DNA of 64,000 bases from the IMG/VR virus record IMGVR_UViG_2571042390_000001; one strand, given 5' to 3'. This document shows, piece after piece, positions 9,672 to 20,509 of this stretch. How positions within the stretch are numbered: position 1 is the first letter of the stretch; each line of letters begins with the position of its first letter. This DNA is from a virus (Duplodnaviria > Heunggongvirae > Uroviricota > Caudoviricetes). A model generated the notes under the pieces. The model worked only from the letters and a program-made list of their open reading frames with translations. It was not told the origin of the DNA and made no database searches. A program made the position numbers and the translations under genes.

Positions 9672-9822
9672 ATTTTTCTCCCGGTCATGGGTTAATAAGT
9701 AGGCAAACTATGGGGAGTATGTGATTTTGACGGTAGTATCGTCCCCCTGAAAATAACATTCTCCATACCCTCTCAACCGTACCGCATAGCGGAATTTTTT
9801 ACGGTTTAGAGGGGGAAATCCT

Positions 9823-12800
9823 TTGGACAAACTACTTCATTCAATCAGTGAAGCCTCCAGCTTAGGCGAACTGATTGAAATTGTTAGTCGGTTGCATAAA
9901 TTACGTGCTGTTGCGACCTTTGGCGTCAGGAAAGCCGATGGCGTCAGTATTCAGAAAACACGCCGGGCAGCAAACAATGCCGCAGTAAATCTTCTTAATT
10001 CCCTTCCGCCCGGCTTCGATGGGGCGAAATTAACTGACGAACAACGTCAGATTCTTGCTGGGTATACCGGTGAAGGCGGCCTGACAGATGGTGAGGGCAG
10101 CCAATACGAATACTACACGCCACAGTTTATGGCTGAAGGTATATGGGAGCTGTTTGCTGACTACGGTATTGATGGCGGTCACGTACTGGAACCATCAGCT
10201 GGCACGGGTATTTTCCAGGAGACAAAACGGCAGGGAATGATAATGACCAGCGCCGAGCTGTCTCCGATCTCCGGTCGAATCAACCAGCTGTTGCACCCGG
10301 AAGACGATGTGAACATTGGGGCGTTTGAGGCTCTGGCGGCGAAAGACGCAATGTATGACCACGCTGTTGGTAACGTACCGTTTGGCGAAGGCCGTTCCGG
10401 CGTTGCAGGGCTTGATCCGGCATATGCAAACGAGAAGAACGTTGGCAATTACTTTGTGCTGCGCACGATCGACAAGGTTAAACCTGGTGGGCTTATCGTA
10501 TTGGTGGTGCCGAATGGCATGACTGATGGTACGAAATACAAAAAATTGCGCGATAAAGTCAGCCGTAAAGCGGAATTTTTGGGCGCGCATCGTATGCCTT
10601 CCGGTACGTTCAGTGAATCAGGTACAGATACCGTGGTGGACGTATGGGTATTGCGTAAACACCCGGAAGCCTTCCTGGAGATGATCCCCGATACGGATGA
10701 TTCGACGCTCAAATCGGCAAACGTCCTTTGGGTTACCTTCCTCAAAGGGAAATGGTTTACAACCGAAGGGAAGCGATTTGTTTACGGCGACATGGAACGT
10801 ACCAGCTTCCGCAATACCCTAGTGGTGAAAAAAGACGGTCGTGTATCCAATGAGTCGATGAAAACCGCGCTATCTCGTCGCTTTGATAGTCGCATCAATT
10901 GGGATTTGCTCGGCGTAACTACTCAGGCATGGCAGGGCGCGAAAGTGGGCGATAAACGCCTTGTAGGCGGTATCTGGCATGAGTTTGATGGTCTGAAATG
11001 GGTTCAGGACACGACAACCAAATCCTCCGCGCTTGATGTAAGTCGATATGGTGTTTCGACGTTTGGCGATCTGCAGATCGCGTTCCAGTCAACAAACGGG
11101 ATTCTGGCTTTGTCATGGGACCAGATATCGGCGATCGCGTCCGACTATCCATCGGTTGTCAGTGATGAAGTGGCAGCAATGATTCGCTTTGCTGGCAAGC
11201 AGCGAGAAAAAGACAGGGAGCGCGTTATGCGCGGTGCACTGATAGGTCAGTTGATCAACAAGGCACTTGATTTGCGTAACCTGGGGGTGAACGTTGATGA
11301 CAAACTGGCAGATGCATCCCGCTTGGCGGCAGCAGAAGTTGCGAAGTATGGACCACCGCACGCGATTAAGCTGAATGGGCTTGCTGAAGCTGGCGCTAAA
11401 AACTGGATGACGTTCACTGGCAATGTGAAACAGGATGGTTCCACTTCTGACCTTCTGGCAGGGCGACTTGATGTAACGGATGGTGCTGCCGGTATTGACT
11501 TTACGCGTCCTGAACAAGTGATAGCACATCTTTTTAGTGATGTAGCCCTTAATCCTATAACGCTGGGCGACTTTCGTGAGGCGTTTGCTGGTGAACTGCC
11601 AGAGGACGACGACGCGGTCCTTGAATACCTGGCGAAATTTGATGATATCGCTATTGATGGGTATGGCTGTCTGCTGCCGATGGACCGCGCCACCAGCGGC
11701 GATGTTGCAACCAAAACAGCACTGCTGGTGGGCTGGCGTGATGCGTCAACAGGTGAGCAGAAAGCGAACTTTGAGCGTCAGTTGGCGAAAATCGAAGAGA
11801 AACGCATTTTCACGCCACTAAATAAAGTCACCGTTAATCTGAATGCCCGCTGGCTGGATCGCCGCTTGATAAAAGAGTTCCTGGCAGAGCAGGGCTATGA
11901 CGAGTTTAAGTACACTGAACCTGATCTGAAGGTCGTCGATGGCATTCTGGTATCTCCGGACGATTACGAAGGTAAGGACGGGGTATTTACCGGCTATCAG
12001 CTACGAACCGTAAACGGCAAAAACGGGAATGAGTTCAAGAAGGCCAACAATAAAGACGGCTTCCTGAACCAGTTAGAAAACTACCTGAACGGTGTTAAAC
12101 CGCGTGGGCAGAACGCTAACGAGTACCTGGATAAAATTGCTCAACTGGAAGTTAGCTTTAACGACTGGTTACGCACCCACCCGCAGGCGGATCAGATAGC
12201 CCGTGACTATAACGACGCATTCAATGGTTTCATTCCGTTCACACATTCTGACGCACCGCTTGGCCTGGAAGGGATTAGTGGAAAGCGCATTCCTCTGACT
12301 TATCAGAATGAAGAAGTTCGGCGCTTGTCAGAAGATGGGCGTGGCATCATGGGATTTGGTACCGGGCTGGGTAAAACCACGACCGCGCTTGCGCTTGAGG
12401 CGTATAACTTCGAAACAGGTCGCACTAAACGCACGTGTATTGTTGTTCCGAAGGCGGTTTATCAGAACTGGTATCACGAGGCACAGAGTTTCTACAGTGC
12501 TGATGCCTTCGCCAATATGATGTTTATCGGTTTGGATGAAGTTCGTGATGACAGCGGAAATATTCTGACCGCGCCGGTGCTTGATGAAAATGGCGAACCA
12601 CGCCTCGACAGTAACGGGCAGCCTCTTACCAGAAATGTTGTGAAAGAGTCCTCCAGCGCCGTTATCGTTCAGCGTATGAACATGATCCCGTCGTCAAATT
12701 GGCGAACGGTCATCATGACAAAAGAACAATTCGCGTCTATCCCGCTACGAGAAAAAACCATCGAGGAGAACTCACAGCAAGCTGTCTTTAATGCTGTGGA

Positions 12801-15800
12801 AATGGGGCGTCTTGACCTGGCGTCCGGTAAACACCGTGATGCGCAGAAGAAGAACAAGATTAAGGATCAGGCCGCGAATACCGGTACAACGAAGAAGCAG
12901 AATATCCCTTACTTTGAGGATATGAACTTCGATAGCGTGATTGCCGACGAGGGGCATAACTACCGCAACTCCTTTAATGCCGGGCGTGAAGCGGGACAAC
13001 TGGCATATTTGCCTAACCCGGCAGTATCCAAGATGGCCCGCGACATGGCTGTAAAAGCTGCGTACATGATGAAACGCAACAACGGGCGTGGTGTAGTCAT
13101 GCTGACGGCAACACCGCTGGTGAACAGTCCGATTGATGCCTTCAACATGCTGTCTACTGTCATTCCGCAGGAAGAGTGGATGCGTATGGGCATCATTACG
13201 CCTGATGATTTCGTTCGTGTGTTTGGCAAAACAGCCACAGTTCAGGTCCAGAAAATTTCCGGGGAAGTGGAAGAGAAGCAGGGGCTGGTGGGCTTCCAGA
13301 ACCTTGACGGCCTGCGTGGTATTTTCCATCGTTGGACCACTCTGAAGACTGCTGCAGATGTCGGAGCGACGGTTAAAATTCCCGACATCATCGAGAACAC
13401 CTTGCAGATCCCGATGACAGGGGAGCAGGAGACTGCTTATGAAGAGCTTCGTAAGCGTGCTCAGGAGTTAAGTCGCAATGATGAGCTGACAGTCGATGAA
13501 AACGGGCATATCACTAACGACAAACCGGATGATTTCATCTTCTCCATCATCCGTGACATGGATAAGGTTGCTATAGACCCGGATCTGTATGCCAGTGCGA
13601 TTACATTCCAGTTCCCCGTTGAGCTTGCAGACCAGGTAAAAGCTATTGCTGATGCCTTGCCAAAAGTAGCTGGCGGTAAAGTGGCAGATGATGTTGATGA
13701 GGCCGAGGAAGACGGCGCTGGCGGGCTGGTCAGTACGCGTACCAGCAAGGTAGTGAAGACCGCTTTTAGTGAACATCCGACGCATGTTGAAATACGTGCC
13801 AGCATTGAACTGGAAGCTGAAATACTGAAGGCCATTGCGGCTGCCGGCATTGATATGCAGCAGGTGTCGCACCCCATCCCGCCGAAGTATGCCGCGCTGA
13901 TCGAAAATCTTCGTGAAGGTCTGAAGAACGGTAAGCAGATCGTCTTTATTGATGAAAAAGCCCAGCACCAGAAGCTGCGCCGTATTATCGCCAGTGCACT
14001 GCAAATGCCGGAGCAGGAGATTGGCATTATCAATGCGACGACAGTTAGCCAGGCTGGTGGCATCAAGCTGAAGAAGGTGAATAAGCCGACCGAACCTACT
14101 CCAAACAAAAACGGTGAATACAAAGAAGGGGCATGGGAAACCTACTACAGCAAACTTGCCCAATATGAGGATTATCTCTCCGCTAAAAATGATGCTGGCC
14201 TTGAGGGCATGGAAGGTATTGCCGCCGACTATAACGAAGGTCGCACGCGCATCATAATCTGTAACAAGAAGGCTGAAGTAGGTATTAACCTGCACATCGG
14301 GACAACCGATATCCACCACCTGACACTACCCTGGACACCAGCCAGTATCGACCAACGAAATGGGCGCGGTGCGCGCGTAGGTTCACCGCAAGAAAAGGTC
14401 AATGTTCACTACTATTGTGGCAAAGGCACATTCGACGACTTCCGTCTGGATACGCTGAAACGTAAGAAAGACTGGATCAAGATGGTGATGACATCCGACA
14501 TGTCAGAGATCGCCAATGGTGATGCGGATGATGCTGATGAACGCGCCATTATGCTGGCGGCAAACCCGGAAGAACGCCGCGCAATCATGGCTCGCCAGGC
14601 GCAAGAGCGTGAAGAACGTCTGAAACTGAAAGCACAGCGCGAGGCCAACAATGCTCTCGATATCTACCTGAAAGCGGCAAACGCCGCCGGAAAAGATATC
14701 GGCATGATGGAGACAGAACTGAAAAGCGCGATGGAACAGATAGAGTATTACCAGCGCAATCTTGACGACCTGATAAAAGCGGGTACGAACAGGAATGGGC
14801 AAAAATACGCGCTTGAGCAGTTGAGTAGCTACAGAAAACGTGCGCGGGTGCTGCGGTTTGCGATCACCAGGGCAAAAGACGCGGATACCATAATGAAACG
14901 CTCTCGTGGTGATGTGGAGCGCGCTATTAAGTCTGGTGTGCTGGATATCAGTATCGATGTTATTCAGAACCCACAGGAATATATGCGCACTGACAAGAAT
15001 ATCCTGTTGCATAAAGGTAGTTATTACCGTGCAGTCATTGATGATCGCGAAACAACAGCGATTGTCCGGGTGGAAAAAATTGACGGTGAAAAAGCACAAT
15101 ACCTCTGCCGTATCGCCTGGCTGGATAGAGCAAGTCGTTACGCTCGAGCACCGGGGTCAATCGTTACATTGCCGTTTGACTCTGTGATTGAAGCGGTAAC
15201 TTTTGAAGAGGGGGTAGCTGAATCGCGCGCAACGGCTGCGCGTGGTGTTCAGTGCCACCAGCTATCAACAATACTTACTCGCGATCAGTTCTATGATGCT
15301 ATTCGCAATGGGGTAATGAATGTTATTGCTGGTAAACCTGGTAATGCATGGGGCGGTGGGTCAGCTATTAAATACTGGGCATATCGCACAGATGATGGTC
15401 AGATCGCGCTGTCATCGGCCTATGATGGCGTGATAGGCCAAAAAATCGGGCGAGCATCGGATATAGCACCTGAGCGATGGATATATCCTGATGGCAACGA
15501 CGAGGCGCTGAAGCGTGAAGTGGCAAAAATACAAGCCAGTGATAACCCGCTGAATATCGTGGACGGCGAGGGATTCCTCCAGGCATTGTATGGGTATGAT
15601 TACACCCAGGGAATGCAGGCATGGGGCGCACAGGCAACGATGGATGATGTTGCCCATGAGTTCGAAAACTGGATGGCTGGGCGTGGTCTGTCAGGTCGTT
15701 CGCTTAATAAAGTCACTTCTGAAGATATTCTTAGCTTGTTCCGCAAACCGTCCGGAGAAGGTCTGGAATCATTCTGGAGGACCGTGCTGGCATACCGTTT

Positions 15801-16659
15801 ATTCCAGGGCAGGATGAAAGCCTTTAGCAATATCGATGATATTGAACGGATGTTTAATCAGGTCAAGATCGCGAAAATTAAGGCGAAGATCGAAAAAACA
15901 CGTTCTGCGCTGGTGGCCTGGCGCGATGCATTGTTTGAGCAATATAAATCACTCAGTGATGCAGATGGATGGGCGGCATTGGAACAGCTGGCGAATAATG
16001 GGGTAGATGGAGCGAAACTCGCCATTGTTCAGGCTGATAACCCCCTGGAATCACCGGCAGCACAGTGGATTAAGGTGGGGGCTGTCATCAATGCATTTGA
16101 TGAAAAACACATTAGTAAGGACGATTTTGCTGATGCTGTTTCTGTTAATCGCCTGGTAGAAATGGCTACCCGCCGCGCCCGTGAGTTGAAAGACGGCGAC
16201 TATGTGAATGAGTTGCCGGATACGCTCAAATCGGCAACGTGGCAGGACTATGTATCGCTGAAAAACGGCGGGGCCACTGAATCAGAGATCGCGGAAAGGC
16301 TTGAGCAGGCTGAAAGCAAAAGAGAAGAGCAGGCGGCAGTGGCTGAAGCCAGAGCTGATGAAGCGGCGAATGATGACTATATCATTGTGGTTAATGATAA
16401 GCCGATTCGCGCTAAGGCGCGTGTTCGCGGGCGCTGGTGGAGCGTCAGCGAGGACGTTGGCGCGGTTTATCTCATTGCCGACCAACCAGGTTCCTCGACA
16501 ATACGGAACGCCAAAGACGCGATTAAGAAGATTGGCGGACGTTTCTGGAATTTTGAAGCAAACCCGGTTGCTGATGTGAACTTTGACCGTCCTGCATGGA
16601 TGGTATCTACGCGTTACTCGGTAGATGAACTGCGTAAAATAATCGCCGATGCGGCCTAA
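9823..16659 (+). CDS. darB: DarB-like antirestriction protein: N6-adenine methyltransferase fused to SF2 helicase (2278 aa)
   Basis: LEPSAGTG (SAM motif I), NVPFG (motif IV), Walker A GTGLGKT, DEGH box ADEGHNYRN, motif VI QRNGRGAR; TTG start with GAGGGGG RBS. Confidence 0.8.
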   Translation: MDKLLHSISEASSLGELIEIVSRLHKLRAVATFGVRKADGVSIQKTRRAANNAAVNLLNSLPPGFDGAKLTDEQRQILAGYTGEGGLTDGEGSQYEYYTPQFMAEGIWELFADYGIDGGHVLEPSAGTGIFQETKRQGMIMTSAELSPISGRINQLLHPEDDVNIGAFEALAAKDAMYDHAVGNVPFGEGRSGVAGLDPAYANEKNVGNYFVLRTIDKVKPGGLIVLVVPNGMTDGTKYKKLRDKVSRKAEFLGAHRMPSGTFSESGTDTVVDVWVLRKHPEAFLEMIPDTDDSTLKSANVLWVTFLKGKWFTTEGKRFVYGDMERTSFRNTLVVKKDGRVSNESMKTALSRRFDSRINWDLLGVTTQAWQGAKVGDKRLVGGIWHEFDGLKWVQDTTTKSSALDVSRYGVSTFGDLQIAFQSTNGILALSWDQISAIASDYPSVVSDEVAAMIRFAGKQREKDRERVMRGALIGQLINKALDLRNLGVNVDDKLADASRLAAAEVAKYGPPHAIKLNGLAEAGAKNWMTFTGNVKQDGSTSDLLAGRLDVTDGAAGIDFTRPEQVIAHLFSDVALNPITLGDFREAFAGELPEDDDAVLEYLAKFDDIAIDGYGCLLPMDRATSGDVATKTALLVGWRDASTGEQKANFERQLAKIEEKRIFTPLNKVTVNLNARWLDRRLIKEFLAEQGYDEFKYTEPDLKVVDGILVSPDDYEGKDGVFTGYQLRTVNGKNGNEFKKANNKDGFLNQLENYLNGVKPRGQNANEYLDKIAQLEVSFNDWLRTHPQADQIARDYNDAFNGFIPFTHSDAPLGLEGISGKRIPLTYQNEEVRRLSEDGRGIMGFGTGLGKTTTALALEAYNFETGRTKRTCIVVPKAVYQNWYHEAQSFYSADAFANMMFIGLDEVRDDSGNILTAPVLDENGEPRLDSNGQPLTRNVVKESSSAVIVQRMNMIPSSNWRTVIMTKEQFASIPLREKTIEENSQQAVFNAVEMGRLDLASGKHRDAQKKNKIKDQAANTGTTKKQNIPYFEDMNFDSVIADEGHNYRNSFNAGREAGQLAYLPNPAVSKMARDMAVKAAYMMKRNNGRGVVMLTATPLVNSPIDAFNMLSTVIPQEEWMRMGIITPDDFVRVFGKTATVQVQKISGEVEEKQGLVGFQNLDGLRGIFHRWTTLKTAADVGATVKIPDIIENTLQIPMTGEQETAYEELRKRAQELSRNDELTVDENGHITNDKPDDFIFSIIRDMDKVAIDPDLYASAITFQFPVELADQVKAIADALPKVAGGKVADDVDEAEEDGAGGLVSTRTSKVVKTAFSEHPTHVEIRASIELEAEILKAIAAAGIDMQQVSHPIPPKYAALIENLREGLKNGKQIVFIDEKAQHQKLRRIIASALQMPEQEIGIINATTVSQAGGIKLKKVNKPTEPTPNKNGEYKEGAWETYYSKLAQYEDYLSAKNDAGLEGMEGIAADYNEGRTRIIICNKKAEVGINLHIGTTDIHHLTLPWTPASIDQRNGRGARVGSPQEKVNVHYYCGKGTFDDFRLDTLKRKKDWIKMVMTSDMSEIANGDADDADERAIMLAANPEERRAIMARQAQEREERLKLKAQREANNALDIYLKAANAAGKDIGMMETELKSAMEQIEYYQRNLDDLIKAGTNRNGQKYALEQLSSYRKRARVLRFAITRAKDADTIMKRSRGDVERAIKSGVLDISIDVIQNPQEYMRTDKNILLHKGSYYRAVIDDRETTAIVRVEKIDGEKAQYLCRIAWLDRASRYARAPGSIVTLPFDSVIEAVTFEEGVAESRATAARGVQCHQLSTILTRDQFYDAIRNGVMNVIAGKPGNAWGGGSAIKYWAYRTDDGQIALSSAYDGVIGQKIGRASDIAPERWIYPDGNDEALKREVAKIQASDNPLNIVDGEGFLQALYGYDYTQGMQAWGAQATMDDVAHEFENWMAGRGLSGRSLNKVTSEDILSLFRKPSGEGLESFWRTVLAYRLFQGRMKAFSNIDDIERMFNQVKIAKIKAKIEKTRSALVAWRDALFEQYKSLSDADGWAALEQLANNGVDGAKLAIVQADNPLESPAAQWIKVGAVINAFDEKHISKDDFADAVSVNRLVEMATRRARELKDGDYVNELPDTLKSATWQDYVSLKNGGATESEIAERLEQAESKREEQAAVAEARADEAANDDYIIVVNDKPIRAKARVRGRWWSVSEDVGAVYLIADQPGSSTIRNAKDAIKKIGGRFWNFEANPVADVNFDRPAWMVSTRYSVDELRKIIADAA

Positions 16660-16695
16660 CAGATAAGGAGCGGCCCCAACTGGGGCCGAATTTGA

Positions 16696-17130
16696 ATGAC
16701 GACATTAATTGACACTGTAAAACCGACGGAATCCTACCTTGAGGACATTTTGCCGCAGGCGCTCAATGGCAGGAGTGAAGAGGCGTTTCTGGATGCATAT
16801 CTGAATGGCATGGTGGAAAGGCTGAAACGAGATCCACAGCTTTATCACCTTTATGGGCCGTGGTGGCCTGCGCTTAAAACGTTATTGCTGGAGCGCGGCG
16901 ACATATCATTTGGACAAGTTGTAGATAGTGATGTGGCAGAGATCTACAAAATGAGTCGCCCGGCGCTTACGGTTTTGGCTGGGCATCTGTATTCGAGCGA
17001 TCGCCTGGAAAATGACGCGGTATACAATCCTGTTCATGCTCTGGAAGTCGCACCTTATGCCGATGATACAGAGCCATACGTGTACACAAGTTACGACGAG
17101 TCTATAGAGAAATATCGAATTATGGGGTAG
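16696..17130 (+). CDS. Hypothetical protein (144 aa)
   Basis: ORF 37 bp after darB-like stop; probably same operon. Confidence 0.45.
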   Translation: MTTLIDTVKPTESYLEDILPQALNGRSEEAFLDAYLNGMVERLKRDPQLYHLYGPWWPALKTLLLERGDISFGQVVDSDVAEIYKMSRPALTVLAGHLYSSDRLENDAVYNPVHALEVAPYADDTEPYVYTSYDESIEKYRIMG

Positions 17131-17132
17131 CC

Positions 17133-17393
17133 ATGCGAAAGAATCGTAGGTTTACGGTCGAAGACCTAAAGGAATATTCCATATCGAAGGGGTATATCCT
17201 TGAGTTCCACCGATACAAGAAGGTTTTTACGCTGCGAAAAGCAGAAAACCCTGCGAACTGGAGCTGGATATACTTTCCTCACACCGATGATAAGTTGGTA
17301 GAACTTGTTGATGATTTAACCTATGAAGGTTGGTTGATCGCAATCGACAAGACAATCAAAGAATTATCCGAACAGGATAAAATAACCCTTTAA
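17133..17393 (+). CDS. Hypothetical protein (86 aa)
   Basis: Starts 3 bp after upstream stop. Confidence 0.4.
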   Translation: MRKNRRFTVEDLKEYSISKGYILEFHRYKKVFTLRKAENPANWSWIYFPHTDDKLVELVDDLTYEGWLIAIDKTIKELSEQDKITL

Positions 17394-17529
17394 AAATAAC
17401 AGGTTGGGTAAATGCCATGCGATTTACCCTCCTTGTTGATTAAGGTCACTCTTTACTCTAAAAGCAAATCCGACCTGTTGCATATAGACCATCCTTGAGT
17501 AGTATCTCTCTTGTTTTACAAATCTAACG

Positions 17530-18024
17530 TTGTTGTTATTATTTCGCATATTTACTATCAATGGGTGTGTTAGAAAAATAGCGCGAAAGAGAAGGCGTCG
17601 CAGTGAATATTCTGAAACATCCCCACATGCCGCAGCTCTTAGAGAACTGGAGAAAAACCCAGATCTAATCAAAAGGAACCATGAGCATTACGAGCAGGTT
17701 CGCGTCCTGGACTGGATGTATCGCAATATGCGTTATGTGTATGAGCATACTCACGCCACTCCAAACGGTGGCCTGCGAGGCATAAGGACGGCAATAAAAA
17801 TGGTGGCAGAGGGCCAAAAGAAGGGATATCCCGATCTTTCTATAGACCTTGCTTGTGGGGGATACCACGGAATGCGCATTGAGATGAAACATGGGAGAAA
17901 TCGCCTGACTCCCGAACAACTCGTCTGGATGACTCGCCTCACAGAAGCCGGTTACTACTGCTTTGAGGCGCGCAGTGCCGCTGAAGCCATAAAAGCTATC
18001 ACGGAGTATGTTTGTCTTGATTAA
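17530..18024 (+). CDS. VRR-NUC domain nuclease-like protein
   Basis: KKGYPDLSIDL ... RIEMKHGRNRLTPEQ PD-(D/E)xK-type motifs; true start is probably internal to the track ORF. Confidence 0.5.
   Translation: MLLLFRIFTINGCVRKIARKRRRRSEYSETSPHAAALRELEKNPDLIKRNHEHYEQVRVLDWMYRNMRYVYEHTHATPNGGLRGIRTAIKMVAEGQKKGYPDLSIDLACGGYHGMRIEMKHGRNRLTPEQLVWMTRLTEAGYYCFEARSAAEAIKAITEYVCLD
17568..17576. promoter_or_regulatory. Operator-like motif (TGTTAGAAA)
   Basis: Core motif in 5' region of the VRR-NUC ORF. Confidence 0.4.
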
Positions 18025-18038
18025 ACGGAGAAATCGTT

Positions 18039-18239
18039 TTGCGGTTACTTAACGTGGCAGAACTTATCCCTGCAGGAACTAATGCTATCGCTCGTCGTCG
18101 CTCATGGCAGCAGGCTCTATGTATTGAGATCTCGAAACGTATCAATGGAAGTTTTGAAGCTCGCAATATTGTTACTGGCGATAAGGTTCACATAACCCCG
18201 GAAAGTGCAAGCGCTGATGATTGGGAGTTTGTACATTGA
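18039..18239 (+). CDS. Hypothetical protein (66 aa)
   Basis: Short ORF between nuclease-like gene and next ORF. Confidence 0.3.
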   Translation: MRLLNVAELIPAGTNAIARRRSWQQALCIEISKRINGSFEARNIVTGDKVHITPESASADDWEFVH

Positions 18240-18535
18240 GCAAAAAATATTATGTGAGTCTGGCGTTCGCTGACGATGCGGGGAGGACGCGGAGTATCAC
18301 GTTGAGCACACCGGTTAAGGCTGTGACAGCGCCGTTAATCCGTGAAGCTCTCAGAGAGCTGGAATTGGGGGAAAACTCGGCACTGTTGTCGGTTAGTTGG
18401 TTCGGGAAAATGTCAGAGAAACAATACGTGGATGGAGTTACCCCAATAACAGTAATGAGGCTACTTTCATTGCTGCAATGGGCCATCGTACCTGTATTTA
18501 TCGCGTATCTTATTTATCAGGCTGCAACACAGTAA
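18221..18535 (+). CDS. Hypothetical protein with C-terminal transmembrane helix
   Basis: Hydrophobic C-terminus LLQWAIVPVFIAYLIY; terminator follows. Confidence 0.4.
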   Translation: MGVCTLSKKYYVSLAFADDAGRTRSITLSTPVKAVTAPLIREALRELELGENSALLSVSWFGKMSEKQYVDGVTPITVMRLLSLLQWAIVPVFIAYLIYQAATQ

Positions 18536-18543
18536 TTGCATAA

Positions 18544-18569
18544 AAACCCGCCAATTAGCGGGTTTTTTG
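18544..18569 (+). terminator. Rho-independent terminator
   Basis: aacccgc/gcgggtt stem followed by T-run. Confidence 0.65.
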
Positions 18570-18610
18570 TTTATTGCATCTTTCGATACTGTCATCAAAC
18601 TAATAAAATA

Positions 18611-18619
18611 TGTTAGAAA
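18611..18619. promoter_or_regulatory. Operator-like motif (TGTTAGAAA)
   Basis: About 30 bp upstream of ORF 18649. Confidence 0.45.
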
Positions 18620-18648
18620 AATAATTTAACAAAGTAACGGGAATAGCA

Positions 18649-19857
18649 ATGAGTCAACACACTGATACTTCTAATCTGGAAATTATCTCGACAGCAATTG
18701 AAACGCTGCGCACACAAATCGCTCTTATACAGAAACGGAATCCGGGTGATGACCTGTCAAAGCGACTGCACGAGAGTGTCATTGCCACTACAGATAACCT
18801 GGTGGCGGAAATCAACAAGCTGCTTGATGATGGGGCAGTTGATTACAATAAGCTGGTGGATCAGTTTGAGGAATACCAACAAGCAGTTAATGATGGCTTG
18901 ATCCGTTTTTCACAAGTCACAGGCGTATCAGCGACAGTTGAAAGCCTGGGTGATGCAGTTAATCAATTTGCCGCGAATATGCGTAATGAGATCGGCAATC
19001 TGGAAGCGCGTCTTGAACAGGCAAATACACTGCGTAAATCTGCCGAAGCCGATTTGAACCGTTACAAAAAAGACTATCCGCCAAGCCTGACAAAGCGGCT
19101 GGATGTTGCGGAGAAGGATAACCGCACGCTGAAAAGAGAGCGCCGGGAACTAAAAGAGCGTTTAACCAAGCTCAATCAGCAATGCATTGATTATCAAGGC
19201 GAAGGCGTCACACTGCGTAAAAAGTTGGCTACAGCGCAGAGCATTATCGAAACATTAAAGCGAGAGTGCTCACAGCTTGGTCACGATCTGAACCGTGCTT
19301 GTGGCATGGGACAAAGACCAGAGACATTTCCACTTATGTATGATGGAAGGGATGCCATTGCCTACATCCATGAGTATCCGCACGGCCTGGTTGCGGAAAC
19401 TGGGCAGCGTGGCGAAGCACTGCTGACGGCTAATTACCATCAACAAATCAGAACCAATCGCCTGTTAACGATGGATGTGATCCCATCGGTATGGGGAACG
19501 CCGCTTTACTATCGCCTGCCGGGCTTCGAAAAGGACTGGAATACCGACATAGACGAATGTCTCGCAGATAAAATTATGGCGTATCTGGAGACGGATTTTC
19601 CGCGCTTATATCGCCGGATTATGGACTCTAAGGATGCGCCAATCGATGAATTAAAAATGCGTCCGGAGACGCTGGAGGCAATCAAGCAGACGGAGTTTGA
19701 TACTGTATTCAGTGTGGCCTGCATTCCAAGCTGTTTCCATGAAAGCATCCCGTTCATGCAAGGAGATCGTCGTCAGGAAATCATTGACGCTTGCCGGGTA
19801 TGGGCGAACGAATGGGATAAGAAGAATGGGGGTGTAGAAGATCTTTATGGGAAATAA
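18649..19857 (+). CDS. Hypothetical coiled-coil protein (402 aa)
   Basis: N-terminal heptad-rich half, globular C-terminal half; operator-like motif upstream. Confidence 0.5.
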   Translation: MSQHTDTSNLEIISTAIETLRTQIALIQKRNPGDDLSKRLHESVIATTDNLVAEINKLLDDGAVDYNKLVDQFEEYQQAVNDGLIRFSQVTGVSATVESLGDAVNQFAANMRNEIGNLEARLEQANTLRKSAEADLNRYKKDYPPSLTKRLDVAEKDNRTLKRERRELKERLTKLNQQCIDYQGEGVTLRKKLATAQSIIETLKRECSQLGHDLNRACGMGQRPETFPLMYDGRDAIAYIHEYPHGLVAETGQRGEALLTANYHQQIRTNRLLTMDVIPSVWGTPLYYRLPGFEKDWNTDIDECLADKIMAYLETDFPRLYRRIMDSKDAPIDELKMRPETLEAIKQTEFDTVFSVACIPSCFHESIPFMQGDRRQEIIDACRVWANEWDKKNGGVEDLYGK

Positions 19858-20509
19858 TGTGTTAGAAATCTAAAATCACAATTCGAATGTATTGATTGTG
19901 AAGATAACTTAACATAGAATTTTCCTTGCTGGTGGGCGGTACCCACGTTTCGCTTGCTGGGCTTGATAGTCACTTATTGGTTATTGTTCGCCCACCAGCA
20001 TTTAACAAATTAAAGTGTTAGAAATGTATAGTAATGCAAGAGCACGCTTTGGCACCGTGCAGGCCAAAGTTCAGCAGGTTTAGTGCGGAAAGTGGTTTCA
20101 GAGAGAGCACTTTGCGGAGTAAACGACAATACATGTTGAGCCACGGAAGGTCTTTTTAAGGTGTTCATTGATGATGGTCCGGCAGAGAGTAACGGTACAT
20201 GCTGCATCTAATCATCAATGCACATCTTCAACATTAAGGAGGCATAGGGATTTTTGTGGCGGTTACCTTTTGCCCTGAGTCTCCTTAATGTTGCGGTAAT
20301 GCACCTATGCGGATGTGGCCTTGCATTGTGTCTTGAAAGAATGGGGTAAGGCCGGGGATATCCCCAGGGGGAGGCACCCCCGCTGCAACGAACAGCCACA
20401 GACGGCAGTCGAGTGATGGAAACGTGTAAAGACTTTAAACCTCGTTACGGCTGGCGTGGCAAACGCGACAACCGAGACAGAGCGGTGACGGGCGGAGAGA
20501 GTGCCGCAT

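Noticed and set aside
10179-15830. Numerous minus-strand and alternative-frame ORFs inside the darB-like gene (e.g. 10195..10590, 13468..14319, 14503..15099)
   Set aside because: Fully embedded antisense to a gene with strong conserved motifs; no RBS evidence; typical shadow ORFs.
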